From an uncultured virus (IMG/VR IMGVR_UViG_3300020473_000027) (Duplodnaviria > Heunggongvirae > Uroviricota > Caudoviricetes), in the IMG/VR virus record IMGVR_UViG_3300020473_000027: DNA of 64,000 nt, one strand, 5' to 3'. A program made the translations under genes and the position numbers. The notes below the pieces were generated by a model, which saw nothing but the letters and a program-made list of their open reading frames with translations, searched no databases and was not told where the DNA came from. This document shows positions 37,849 through 47,473 of this stretch, piece after piece. Numbering within the stretch: the stretch's first letter is position 1; the number at the start of each line of letters is the position of its first letter.

Positions 37849-38814
37849 ATGAAGTGGACTAAAGCTGAAATTGAAATTCTAAGTCAATATACTAGAACAA
37901 TGAAGAGTGTTCGTGATATATGCTATGAATTAGATAACGCTGGATTTATGCGCACATATAAATCTGTTACTAGAAAAATAGAATCTATGGGATGGACAAG
38001 ACCAACTGACTTATCGGATCTTACAGTTCTTCCAAAAATACTATTATTTGATATAGAGACTACACCAATGCCTGTGTGGGTTTGGGATTTTGGTAAACAA
38101 TACGTTCCGCCTACTAATCTTGTTAGGGATGATAAGGGAAACCAAAAAGTATGGTATGTCCTTTCTTGGGCTGCTAAGTGGCTTTATGATGATAATGTTC
38201 TATCTGACGTAGTAACACCACAGGAAGCTTTAGCCAGGGATGACTCAAGGGTTATTGAGTCTATATGGAAACTTCTTGATGAAGCCGATATAGTGATTGC
38301 TCACAATGGAGATAGGTTTGACATAAGAAAACTTAACGCTAGATTCATACTTAATAGCATGAACCCACCATCTCCGTACAAATCAATAGATACACTGAAG
38401 ATTGCAAGAAAAGAATTTGCATTTAGTTCTAATAAGCAAGATTTTCTTACAAAGACATTTGGTTTAGCTGAAAAGCTTAAAACTGATTTTCAATTATGGG
38501 TTGATTGTATGGATGGTAATAAAGAAGCTTTGGATAATATGCTTAAGTATAACGAAAGGGATGTGGTTGGATTGGAGCAAGTATATCTCAAATTAAGGCC
38601 TTATATTAAAAATCATCCAAATCTTGGTGTTTTGATGGGAGATAATGTTTGTCCTACATGTGGAAGTAAAAACTTAAAACCATCTAATGCTACATACTTT
38701 ACAAGTTCAAACGAATTCCCTGTTTATAGGTGTGGAGGATGTAATTCTCCTTTCATACGAAGTAAAACTCGTATAAGCACAGATAGTACAGAATTAAGAA
38801 GTGTGGCGCGTTAA
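37849..38814 (+). CDS. DEDD/RNase H-like 3'-5' exonuclease with N-terminal Myb/HTH-like segment and C-terminal Zn ribbon
   Basis: 'FDIET', 'AHNGDRFD', 'IDTL', 'YNERDV', CPTC and CGGC. Confidence 0.85.
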   Translation: MKWTKAEIEILSQYTRTMKSVRDICYELDNAGFMRTYKSVTRKIESMGWTRPTDLSDLTVLPKILLFDIETTPMPVWVWDFGKQYVPPTNLVRDDKGNQKVWYVLSWAAKWLYDDNVLSDVVTPQEALARDDSRVIESIWKLLDEADIVIAHNGDRFDIRKLNARFILNSMNPPSPYKSIDTLKIARKEFAFSSNKQDFLTKTFGLAEKLKTDFQLWVDCMDGNKEALDNMLKYNERDVVGLEQVYLKLRPYIKNHPNLGVLMGDNVCPTCGSKNLKPSNATYFTSSNEFPVYRCGGCNSPFIRSKTRISTDSTELRSVAR

Positions 38815-38817
38815 CAC

Positions 38818-38846
38818 TTGACAAAGGTGTATTTAAGGGTTATATT
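38818..38846 (+). promoter_or_regulatory. Late-type promoter TTGACA-17-TATATT (TTAAGGGT motif)
   Basis: -10 ends 7 nt before the terS ATG. Confidence 0.75.
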
Positions 38847-38853
38847 ATAATAT

Positions 38854-39618
38854 ATGCTGGTTCGCAAAATAAAAAATGTTGAACATATGGTATATAGCAA
38901 TGAGGAGGAGTTTCGCCAATACTGTCCTGATGAAAACTTAACTCGCAATTGGAGGGACGGCACTGAAGGTAGCTGGGTAATGGCTGACGACGGACAAATC
39001 TGTCAAGTTCTACGGCGGGGTGAGCTTAGGAATAGTCAGTCTACGGGCGTGTGTAACAATTACATTAGGACAGCTATTGGTTCTTTTATTTGTAGGGATA
39101 ATATAGAAATGGCTGGCAAACTAAGAAAGAATATGTACTCTTTTGGCTCTGATGATGTTTCCTTATATCAGCAGAAGATACATAGGAAAAAGCCAACTAG
39201 AAGAGAATTCCTATTTGCTAAATACGTAGCTCAAGGCGATGGTATTGCTGAAGCGTTTATGAAGGCATATCCAACCAATAACGAAAAATATGCAGATTAT
39301 CAAGGTAAAATACTATTAAGTACTGAAAGGATCAAAGGTTTGATTAGAGAAGAAGTAGACAAGGTCTTACATGAGGCTGAGATCACACCGCTTTATTTAC
39401 TTGAAAGAATGAAAGAAGTCGTTGATAATGAAGGTTCTCAAGATAAAGATAAGATACAGGCAATTAAAACATTAATGCAGATTAGTGGTATGATGGAGAC
39501 TGAAAAGAGAACTGAGTCTGTTACATTGTTTCAAGGATTTACAAAGGATCAATTAAATGCTATCCAAGGCGGAGATTCGAAAAAGCTCATTGAGGCTTCG
39601 AGAGAAGTTGAGAAATAG
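38854..39618 (+). CDS. terS: Terminase small subunit (putative)
   Basis: 'F..YV..G....EA...AY' HTH, 'DKIQAIKTL..ISG'; upstream of terL. Confidence 0.7.
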   Translation: MLVRKIKNVEHMVYSNEEEFRQYCPDENLTRNWRDGTEGSWVMADDGQICQVLRRGELRNSQSTGVCNNYIRTAIGSFICRDNIEMAGKLRKNMYSFGSDDVSLYQQKIHRKKPTRREFLFAKYVAQGDGIAEAFMKAYPTNNEKYADYQGKILLSTERIKGLIREEVDKVLHEAEITPLYLLERMKEVVDNEGSQDKDKIQAIKTLMQISGMMETEKRTESVTLFQGFTKDQLNAIQGGDSKKLIEASREVEK

Positions 39619-39625
39619 AGACTGT

Positions 39626-39781
39626 ATGATTTGCAATTTCCCAATGAGGGAATATGCATCTATATGGTATAATGCAAATAAAAATAATTTTTCGGTAGAA
39701 TGTTCCGAATGCTTCTCATCGTATGATGAGCATTTTGAAATCAAGATGCCGGGATTAATATTTAATTATGGAGAATCGTAA
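39626..39781 (+). CDS. Small Zn-ribbon protein (start uncertain)
   Basis: CMIC and CSEC motifs. Confidence 0.45.
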   Translation: MICNFPMREYASIWYNANKNNFSVECSECFSSYDEHFEIKMPGLIFNYGES

Positions 39782-40017
39782 TGAAAGAAGTAAAATTTGA
39801 TCTTGTATTGCAAGTTCATGATGAGTTAGACAAAGAAGAATTAGCTGATATGTTAAAAAGATATCTTATTAATAATCAGACTGCTAGTTCAATCGTTCAA
39901 AAAGTTATTGGTGAAAAGGATGCCCCAGAACATTTTAATATATCTTCTATGGGATTAGCTGAGCAAAAAGTTGTTAAAGCAAACAAACCTAAGAAAAAGA
40001 CAAAGACAAAGAAATGA
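39781..40017 (+). CDS. Hypothetical protein
   Basis: Translationally coupled ORF, GGAG SD. Confidence 0.55.
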   Translation: MKEVKFDLVLQVHDELDKEELADMLKRYLINNQTASSIVQKVIGEKDAPEHFNISSMGLAEQKVVKANKPKKKTKTKK

Positions 40018-40364
40018 AATTAGCTGTTTACGGTACACTTCGAAATGGAGATAATAATACTGGCAGGGTAAAGAATACGTCTTTAGTATATCCAGGCCAC
40101 CAAAGATTCCCAGCTATGATTCAAGATTATAAGGGTAAAGGAACAGTGGTTGAAGTTCATGATGTAACTAGTGAAGATATAGCTCAATATGATATGTATG
40201 AAGGTATTAATATTGGATTATACGATAGGGTCAAGGTTGATGTTGAATTAGATTCTGGAGATAAAGAAAGAGTTTGGGCATACGTTGCTGGGCCAAGGCT
40301 TTTGAAGATGGTCGATGTGTTTGAAGAAATTCCAAATGGAGATTGGTACGATAGAAAAGTTTAA
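40014..40364 (+). CDS. Gamma-glutamylcyclotransferase (AIG2-like)
   Basis: 'AVYGTLR.G', 'D.YEG....Y.R..V', 'AWAY'-like segment, 'I..GDW'. Confidence 0.9.
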   Translation: MKLAVYGTLRNGDNNTGRVKNTSLVYPGHQRFPAMIQDYKGKGTVVEVHDVTSEDIAQYDMYEGINIGLYDRVKVDVELDSGDKERVWAYVAGPRLLKMVDVFEEIPNGDWYDRKV

Positions 40365-41922
40365 TATAATTCCGAACGATTTAGATGAAAAAGAGAGAGT
40401 CCTTAATATGGTATCTCAAGACTTGGTAGCTTTTGGTCAATTATTTTTACCAGAAGACTTTATGAAGTCTAAGCCAGCTCCTTTTCACCACGAGGTTGGA
40501 GGTCTTTTTTTAGATGATACTATAAGAAGACTTTGCCTAGTGCTTCCCAGGGGTCATACTAAATCTACTATGGCTAAAGCTGCTCTTCTTCATAAAATAT
40601 GTTTTAATCCTCAAGGTAAGAATGAATTTGCTGCATGGGTTTCTGAGGAGCAAGGGCAGGCGGTAGATCATCTTAAGTATATTAAAAGTCATATAGAATT
40701 CAATCCTGCATTGAATTATTATTTTGGTGATATGGCTGGAACAAAATGGACTGAGAAAGAGATTACAACCTCTAAAGGTGATAGGATTATAGCTAAAGGA
40801 ACTAGTCAAAGACTCCGTGGTCGATCAGAACTTGGGCTTAGATATACAAAGATTATACTTGATGACTTTGAGTCTGAGTTAAATACAAAGACTCCTGAAA
40901 GACGCAAGGAAATTAAAGAATGGCTTATGTCTACAGTTTACCCAGCGCTCGAGGAGTCAAAAGGAAACGAGGGAGCTATATGGTTAATTGGAACTATTGT
41001 TCACTATGATTCTGCATTACAAGGAATATATGATGGGTATCTAGAGGCTAAAGAAAGTGGTGAGGATTATACTTGGGAAATGGTTTTTCATAGGGTAATA
41101 GAGAATGATATTCCATTGTGGCCATCTTATTTCCCAAAAGAAAAAATAGCTAGGATAAGAAAAGATTATGAGTATGTTGGGCAATTACATAAATTTGCCC
41201 AGGAATATATGAATGATGCTCGTGACCTTGAAAGTGCAAAGTTTAAAATAGATAAAATAAATTATTATGATGGTCAATTTAAAGCAAAAAATAACCAAGC
41301 ATATATTATTACGAAAGAAGATGCAATTCCAGTCAATGTATATATGGGTGTTGATTTGGCTTACGAATCTTCCGCCCAACATGATTACCAGGTTATTTTG
41401 GTTATTGGTATTGATAGCGATAAAAATATCTATGTAATAGATATTTTCCATGAGCATATTCCTTTATATGATATGCCAAGAAAGATATTTCAGTTTGCTA
41501 GAGAATACCAACCGATAAGAAGGGCAAATGTAGAACATGTAGGTGCTCAAGGTATTATACGTGATGCTGTGAATGAGCTTTCTGGTAAAGATAGAAAGAT
41601 GGCTCCTGGAATAGCAAGAGGAGTAAGACCTCCAACGGGAATTAAGAAAGAAGATAGGCTTGAATCTCTATTATGCCCAATTGTTAATAGGGGTAAATTA
41701 TTTATTAAAAAACAACATAGCGATTTGGTTGATGAAATGTTTCATTTCCCAAAAGGTAAGAATGATGATATACTTGATGGCCTATGGTATTCGGTTATAA
41801 ATGCAAGATCGCCAGTAAGTAGAAAATTTGATGCTGAGAATTTTGAAGAGACAATTGAGGAGAAGAAAGAGTTTTTAGGTAGAAAAATACTTAGAAGTTG
41901 GGTTACAGGACAAAGAATATAA
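40315..41922 (+). CDS. terL: Terminase large subunit
   Basis: 'PRGHTKST' Walker A, 'IILDDFE' Walker B, 'GVDLA', 'DDILDGL'; start probably ATG 40336. Confidence 0.93.
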   Translation: MCLKKFQMEIGTIEKFNIIPNDLDEKERVLNMVSQDLVAFGQLFLPEDFMKSKPAPFHHEVGGLFLDDTIRRLCLVLPRGHTKSTMAKAALLHKICFNPQGKNEFAAWVSEEQGQAVDHLKYIKSHIEFNPALNYYFGDMAGTKWTEKEITTSKGDRIIAKGTSQRLRGRSELGLRYTKIILDDFESELNTKTPERRKEIKEWLMSTVYPALEESKGNEGAIWLIGTIVHYDSALQGIYDGYLEAKESGEDYTWEMVFHRVIENDIPLWPSYFPKEKIARIRKDYEYVGQLHKFAQEYMNDARDLESAKFKIDKINYYDGQFKAKNNQAYIITKEDAIPVNVYMGVDLAYESSAQHDYQVILVIGIDSDKNIYVIDIFHEHIPLYDMPRKIFQFAREYQPIRRANVEHVGAQGIIRDAVNELSGKDRKMAPGIARGVRPPTGIKKEDRLESLLCPIVNRGKLFIKKQHSDLVDEMFHFPKGKNDDILDGLWYSVINARSPVSRKFDAENFEETIEEKKEFLGRKILRSWVTGQRI

Positions 41923-41941
41923 GAAAAATATTAAAAAACAC

Positions 41942-41970
41942 TTGACAAGTGGTACATTAAGCCTTATATT
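41942..41970 (+). promoter_or_regulatory. Late-type promoter TTGACA-17-TATATT (TTAAGCCT motif)
   Basis: Directly upstream of the portal SD. Confidence 0.75.
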
Positions 41971-42008
41971 ATATTTAAGGCAAATTGTATTAATTAGGAG
42001 ATCTTAAA

Positions 42009-44039
42009 ATAGCTAGCGAAAACAATAACGTCGTACAAGACGAAGCTCAAAACAATTTAGACCTTTGGAGAAGATGGCGTGATGCGCGTGTAGACTGGGA
42101 AGTCGAAGCCAGAGATGCTATTGATTTTGTCCTTGGTAATCATTATACTCAAGACGAATCTGATGCATTAAGCGCAGTAGGGCAGGGTGACTTTATTATA
42201 GATAGAGTCTACGCAGCAGTTGATAAACTGAAGTCACTTTTAACATCTAAGAATCCAAAGTTCTCTGCTATCGCAAGAGAAGATTCTGATAGTAAAATAG
42301 CACAAGTGTGGAAAACTATTCTTGAATACTGTTGGGATATATCTGATGGCGATACAGAATTCAAACAAGCTGTGCATGACTATGCAATATCTGGGCTTGG
42401 GTATTTTTATACTTATATAGATCCAGAAGCTGATTTTGGTCGAGGTGAGGTTAAGTTTACTCATGTAAATCCATTTAGAGTTTACGTCGACCCAGCTGCT
42501 AGAAGCAGATACTTTACTGATGCATCTGCTATATTGCTTTCTACAATACTCACAAAGAGCCAGGTAATAAGCCTTTATCCAAAAATAGAAGAAGTTATTG
42601 ACGATATAGATACAATGACTAATGAAGATGATTATCCATCTTCCACACTTAAGAACTCCTCGCAATCTTTTACGCCAGATGTTGTAAAAGATAAAGATAG
42701 AGCTGGCTATGAAAAATATAGAATAATAGAAAAATTTGAAAAAGTAAAGATTCCATTCTACAGATTGTTTAATAAGCAAACTGGGGAAGAGAAGATTGTT
42801 ACCTTAGAAGAATACCAGTCAATATTGGAAGACAGTTCTCATTTATTAGAGTCTGGTCTGATTGAAGCGGTAGAAATATTACAAACACGTATCAGGGTGG
42901 TTGCTACAATGGGTCAATATCTTCTATACGAACAATTACTTAATACTGATATATATCCTATCATCCCAGTTCCAAATATTTGGACAAATACCCCATATCC
43001 AAAATCAGATGTGATGAAAGTAAAAGACTCACAACGTCTTTTAAATAAATTGTTTTCATTAACATTAAGTCATGCGCAAGCATCAGCTGGTCTTAAGTTG
43101 CTTGTTCCTGAGGGAAGTGTTGATGATGTCTCGCAATTGGAAAAAGATTGGGCTAATCCGAATGCTGTTTTAGAATATAATCCAGAATTTGGAGAGCCAC
43201 ATTTCCCATCACCTCAACCATTGGCTAATGAATTTTATCATTTAATAGATAGGGTAGAACATTATATAGATTTAAATTTTGGTATTCCAGAGTTGATGCA
43301 AGGATTTCGCGACAAAGCTCCAGATACCGTTCGCGGTACAGCTATGCTTTCCGAAATGGGCGAAAGTCGAGGAAGGTCTAAGCTTAAGGACATAGAAGCA
43401 AGTCTAAATCAACTTGGAAGATGTATATATAATCTTGCAAAAGGTCATTATACATTCCAGAAAACTTTTAGAATCGTGCAACCTAATAACGATCTTACTG
43501 AATTTGCAGTAAACAATAGGTTGTATGACGATAAGACCAACGAGCTAACTGCAATAGATAATGATATTTCTATAGGGCAGCATGACGTTCGTATAATATC
43601 AGGTTCAACATTACCCTCTAATAAGGTAGCAGAATACGAAATGTACCTTGAGGCTTATAAGTTAAACTTGGTAGATGATGTCGAGGTCTTGAAGAAAACC
43701 GAGATCTTTGACAAAGAAGGCGTACTTACGCGCAAAGGTATGATGGCGCAAATGCAGTCGTACATCCAACAACTTGAAGGGCAAGTGAAGGAACTCAAGG
43801 GTGACTTGCAGACAGCAGACCGTGAGGCGGTACATGCTAAGAAGCAGGTTATTACTGAGAAATTCAAGAGTGATTTAAACGAAGTTGTTTCTGAGGCTAA
43901 ATTCAAAGAAAGAGCTAAGATTAATCAATTGGAAGGTGTGATTGATAAAGCGCAAGTTCGTGCCGAAGCTGCGTTGAAAGTAGATAAGGCGAATAAAGGG
44001 AGTTCCTCTAAGAAGGGGAGCGCACAAGCAAAACGATAA
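42009..44039 (+). CDS. Portal protein (P22-like), apparently starting at ATA
   Basis: Frame is open 99 codons upstream of the tracked GTG (42306) with a portal-like 'W....R..W..EA..A..F..G' segment; AGGAG 8 nt before ATA. Confidence 0.88.
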   Translation: MASENNNVVQDEAQNNLDLWRRWRDARVDWEVEARDAIDFVLGNHYTQDESDALSAVGQGDFIIDRVYAAVDKLKSLLTSKNPKFSAIAREDSDSKIAQVWKTILEYCWDISDGDTEFKQAVHDYAISGLGYFYTYIDPEADFGRGEVKFTHVNPFRVYVDPAARSRYFTDASAILLSTILTKSQVISLYPKIEEVIDDIDTMTNEDDYPSSTLKNSSQSFTPDVVKDKDRAGYEKYRIIEKFEKVKIPFYRLFNKQTGEEKIVTLEEYQSILEDSSHLLESGLIEAVEILQTRIRVVATMGQYLLYEQLLNTDIYPIIPVPNIWTNTPYPKSDVMKVKDSQRLLNKLFSLTLSHAQASAGLKLLVPEGSVDDVSQLEKDWANPNAVLEYNPEFGEPHFPSPQPLANEFYHLIDRVEHYIDLNFGIPELMQGFRDKAPDTVRGTAMLSEMGESRGRSKLKDIEASLNQLGRCIYNLAKGHYTFQKTFRIVQPNNDLTEFAVNNRLYDDKTNELTAIDNDISIGQHDVRIISGSTLPSNKVAEYEMYLEAYKLNLVDDVEVLKKTEIFDKEGVLTRKGMMAQMQSYIQQLEGQVKELKGDLQTADREAVHAKKQVITEKFKSDLNEVVSEAKFKERAKINQLEGVIDKAQVRAEAALKVDKANKGSSSKKGSAQAKR

Positions 44040-44110
44040 TCATAGGTTAAGCTTCTTCGGGATATCGCACGGTATTGTCCGAATATAAGAAGAAATCTAA
44101 AGGAGGTTAT

Positions 44111-44983
44111 ATGGAAGAACAAGTGCAAGAAAGTGTAGTAGAAGCACCAGAGGCAGGTGCTGCTGTTAATACAAGAGAGGGCTTAGATGTTTCTATGCCT
44201 GATGTTGAATTGGCTTCAGATGTGCCAAATGTGCAAGAAGCTGTAGTAAATGAGGCTAATAAAAGACCACCTAATTTAATTACTAAAGAAGGTGATGAAA
44301 GCCAAATAGACTACGGTACTGACTGGGAAAATGAAACTCGTAAATTTCAGTCTATGTATGATAAACAGAAATCTGATTACGAGAGTCTTAAGTCTCAATA
44401 CGAAGAGCTTGCTCCGATGCAAGACTTACGAAAGGTTCTTGACGAAAGACCTGATGTAGTTGAGTTGATGAGAAACAAGCTTGAGGGAAAACCAGTTCAA
44501 GAAACTATACAACAACAGGATGATACTGATATTGTTGATGAATCATCTTTTGACCCGTGGGAGGCCTATTACAAGCCTGAGTCTCCTTCGTATAAAATGA
44601 GAATGACTCAGGAAAAGGCTTTGGTAGATGAGGCTGTTGGACAACATATGTCTCAACTTCAAGGTCAAGTTGCGTTGCAAAATTTACGCAATGAATTGTC
44701 TAGCAACTATAACATGCAAGATGAGAAGGATATAAATGAATTTATTGAATTTGCAACTACACCAAGAGATCAATTACCAATGGATTTGTTAATTGACGTG
44801 TATCGTAAATATTATAATAAAGGCTCGGATAATGTTTCTCCAAACATGGAAGCTGTAAAGGCAACTCAAAGCATCCCTAAGACTGCTGGGATTCTTCAAG
44901 GTGGCGAACCACCTCAAAAGAATGAACAGGATTCTGCGTGGGATAGAATTTTGCAAGCAGGGCAAGCAGGGAGAATTCCCTAA
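44111..44983 (+). CDS. Capsid scaffolding protein
   Basis: Acidic coiled coil between portal and capsid genes; AAAGGAGG SD. Confidence 0.75.
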   Translation: MEEQVQESVVEAPEAGAAVNTREGLDVSMPDVELASDVPNVQEAVVNEANKRPPNLITKEGDESQIDYGTDWENETRKFQSMYDKQKSDYESLKSQYEELAPMQDLRKVLDERPDVVELMRNKLEGKPVQETIQQQDDTDIVDESSFDPWEAYYKPESPSYKMRMTQEKALVDEAVGQHMSQLQGQVALQNLRNELSSNYNMQDEKDINEFIEFATTPRDQLPMDLLIDVYRKYYNKGSDNVSPNMEAVKATQSIPKTAGILQGGEPPQKNEQDSAWDRILQAGQAGRIP

Positions 44984-45012
44984 TTAATATAATCAAATAG
45001 GAGGTAACACAA

Positions 45013-46461
45013 ATGGCTGTTACAAGTGGAGTAAAATCCAGTTATGATATCACAGCTGCTGCTACCAGTGCTGGTGTAGGAACCGCTCCTGACCGCAGAA
45101 GATTATACGATTTTTCAGATCGAGTTGCCGAATTGGCACCAGAGGAATCGCCGTTTTTTGTATATCTTTCAAAAGTTGCAAAAGTACCAACGGACGATCC
45201 TGTATTTCGATTCTTAGAAAATCGTTCCAAGATTGATTGGACTACCCGTAGTTTTAAAACAGCTGCTGCTGTAAATGGAGGTTCTGCTGTTAGTGCAGGA
45301 AGTTCTTATACATTTACAGTTGACGCAGATGCTGCTACTGGTGGAACATCTTCAGGCGGAGCTTCAGTAGATTTCCTTGTAAAAGGAATGGTTTTTGCAG
45401 TTAATACTGTAAGTGGCGCAAGTGGATATTCACAAACTCTAGTAAGAGTTGATTCTTCCCCTCAAGATCAGGGTACATCAACTACTTTTCAGGGTAAAAT
45501 AATTGACATTTCCAATACAACTACAGCTGGCGATAGTGCTATTACTGGCGAAGATATTATCGCTGATAATGATAATTGCCAAGTAATTGGTACATCATTT
45601 GGAGAAGGAACAGGTTCACCAGATGCATGGTCAAACGAAATTGAAGATGACTTCGGTTATACTCAAATTTTTAAGACTGCAGCTGAAATGTCAAACACAG
45701 CAATTGCTACTCGCTATCGCGGTTATGCAAACGAATGGGAGCGCATTTGGGCTCTTAAACTTCGTGAGCATAAAGTAGATATTGAGCGTGCAATGCTATT
45801 TGGACAAAGAGCTCGAGTGAGTTCTGTTCAGTACACAGAGGGTATTGTGGGGCATATTTTAAAGAATGGTCAAGCAACTCTTGACGATTCTGCTTTCTCA
45901 TATTCTTCTGGGTCACCTTATTTTAGAAGTGTTGCAAGTGCAGAGCTAACATATGACAGATTGCTTTCAGATTTAGAAGTAATCTTCGATCCAGCTCGCG
46001 GTGGCGCAAGTGAAAAACTAGTTCTTGCAGGTTTACCTGTAGTGAGCTTTTTTAATAAGCTTGGATCAACATCATTCTTGAGTCAAAGTATGGCTTATAA
46101 TGCCAATGCTGCTTTAAGTGGTGGTGCGACTACAACTAACCAATCACCTCATCGTATGAATATGTCAGAGCGAGCAGGTGCTTTTGGTCATAAGGTAATG
46201 ACTATCGAAACAATTCATGGCACAATGCACTTAGTGAAAGAACCACTATTTCGTGGTATTTCTGCTAATATGATGGCTATGGTTGATATGAGTAAAGTAT
46301 CTTATCGCCCATTGGTTGGTAATGGACTTAATCGTGATACTGCAATTTTAACTAACGTACAAAACGCTGATGAAGACTTGAGGAAGGATATGATCCTTAC
46401 TGAAGCTGGTTTAGAAATTTCTTTACCAGAAGCTCACGCTCTTTATCAGGTAGAGCTATAA
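45013..46461 (+). CDS. Major capsid protein (SU10/DUF5309-like)
   Basis: 'L.PEESPF', 'YTQIFKT', 'EHK.DIERA.LFG', 'TEAGLE...PEAH'; follows scaffold. Confidence 0.88.
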   Translation: MAVTSGVKSSYDITAAATSAGVGTAPDRRRLYDFSDRVAELAPEESPFFVYLSKVAKVPTDDPVFRFLENRSKIDWTTRSFKTAAAVNGGSAVSAGSSYTFTVDADAATGGTSSGGASVDFLVKGMVFAVNTVSGASGYSQTLVRVDSSPQDQGTSTTFQGKIIDISNTTTAGDSAITGEDIIADNDNCQVIGTSFGEGTGSPDAWSNEIEDDFGYTQIFKTAAEMSNTAIATRYRGYANEWERIWALKLREHKVDIERAMLFGQRARVSSVQYTEGIVGHILKNGQATLDDSAFSYSSGSPYFRSVASAELTYDRLLSDLEVIFDPARGGASEKLVLAGLPVVSFFNKLGSTSFLSQSMAYNANAALSGGATTTNQSPHRMNMSERAGAFGHKVMTIETIHGTMHLVKEPLFRGISANMMAMVDMSKVSYRPLVGNGLNRDTAILTNVQNADEDLRKDMILTEAGLEISLPEAHALYQVEL

Positions 46462-46472
46462 GGAGGGATTAA

Positions 46473-46961
46473 ATGTATAACAGTATTAATAACTCTAGTA
46501 GTGGTGACTACGGCGAATATAAACGTAAAATTGTCAATGTAAACGCTTCAACATATAGTGTACTAACTAAAGATTCTGGTTCTATTATTACAATTGATGT
46601 AGCTGGTGGGTGTGCAATCACTCTTCCAGCAGCAGAAGCTGGCTTAGAATACGAATTCCATGTTGGCACAACTTTCACAGGTACTTGGTCAATTACAGCT
46701 GCTTCAAGCGCTGATACTTACCAAGGTGTTGTATGGACTCATGATAAAGATGAATTGGGTGCTGTAACTGCAATGAATGAAAACATTGATACTTCAGCAT
46801 TTAACTGTCCAGCAGCTGCTGACTATGTTATGACAGCAGACGCGGATACTGATGGTAGATTCATTGGTAGTCATGTTAAGTTTACTGCTATTTCTGATTC
46901 AAAGTGGCTCCTTTCGGGTAACTTGTTCGGAGACGGTACAGTAACACATATCTTTAGCTAA
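46473..46961 (+). CDS. Putative capsid decoration protein
   Basis: 'DSG...ITLPAAEAGL.Y.F' beta-rich; follows the capsid gene. Confidence 0.6.
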   Translation: MYNSINNSSSGDYGEYKRKIVNVNASTYSVLTKDSGSIITIDVAGGCAITLPAAEAGLEYEFHVGTTFTGTWSITAASSADTYQGVVWTHDKDELGAVTAMNENIDTSAFNCPAAADYVMTADADTDGRFIGSHVKFTAISDSKWLLSGNLFGDGTVTHIFS

Positions 46962-46989
46962 TAGTTAAAGATAACAGTTTTGGATACTG

Positions 46990-47018
46990 TGGGGCTATTC
47001 AAAAAAAGTTTAGCCCCA
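46990..47018 (+). other. Hairpin after the capsid genes (terminator or processing signal)
   Basis: TGGGGCTA pairs with TAGCCCCA; no clear U-tract. Confidence 0.5.
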
Positions 47019-47051
47019 AACATCCTAAAAATTTAAACTAAGGAAATAGAA

Positions 47052-47261
47052 ATGGCAGATTATAACTCATCAAACACAGATGTAAAAGTATTTATTCACG
47101 ATCCAAAACCTGGAACTAAGACGCAAAGTTCTGGTGAGATAGCTAAAGATATATATGATTATATAGCTGGATTAGATTCAACTAATAATAAAGTTATATC
47201 TATATCACATTGCGCACTAAAGGGTGATAAGATTATGACTATGGTTGTCTCTGGTGCGTAA
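47052..47261 (+). CDS. Hypothetical virion-associated protein
   Basis: AAGGA SD. Confidence 0.55.
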   Translation: MADYNSSNTDVKVFIHDPKPGTKTQSSGEIAKDIYDYIAGLDSTNNKVISISHCALKGDKIMTMVVSGA

Positions 47262-47472
47262 ACCTAAATGTCAACATTGTGACGAGCCTAACCCAGAACA
47301 TTGGTTCTATTGTAGAAGTTGTGGTAAAAGAGCTGCTGAGCGAAAATTTACAACAAATTCATGGATGCGATCTGAATCTGGAAAGAGGACTGATATAGAA
47401 TTTAATAGCATTTCTATCGATGAAAGCGCAGAACGATTAAACAAGGTAGATAATCGTTGGAAAGGATTTTAA
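47245..47472 (+). CDS. Zn-ribbon protein
   Basis: CQHC and CRSCG. Confidence 0.55.
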   Translation: MSLVRKPKCQHCDEPNPEHWFYCRSCGKRAAERKFTTNSWMRSESGKRTDIEFNSISIDESAERLNKVDNRWKGF

Positions 47473-47473
47473 T

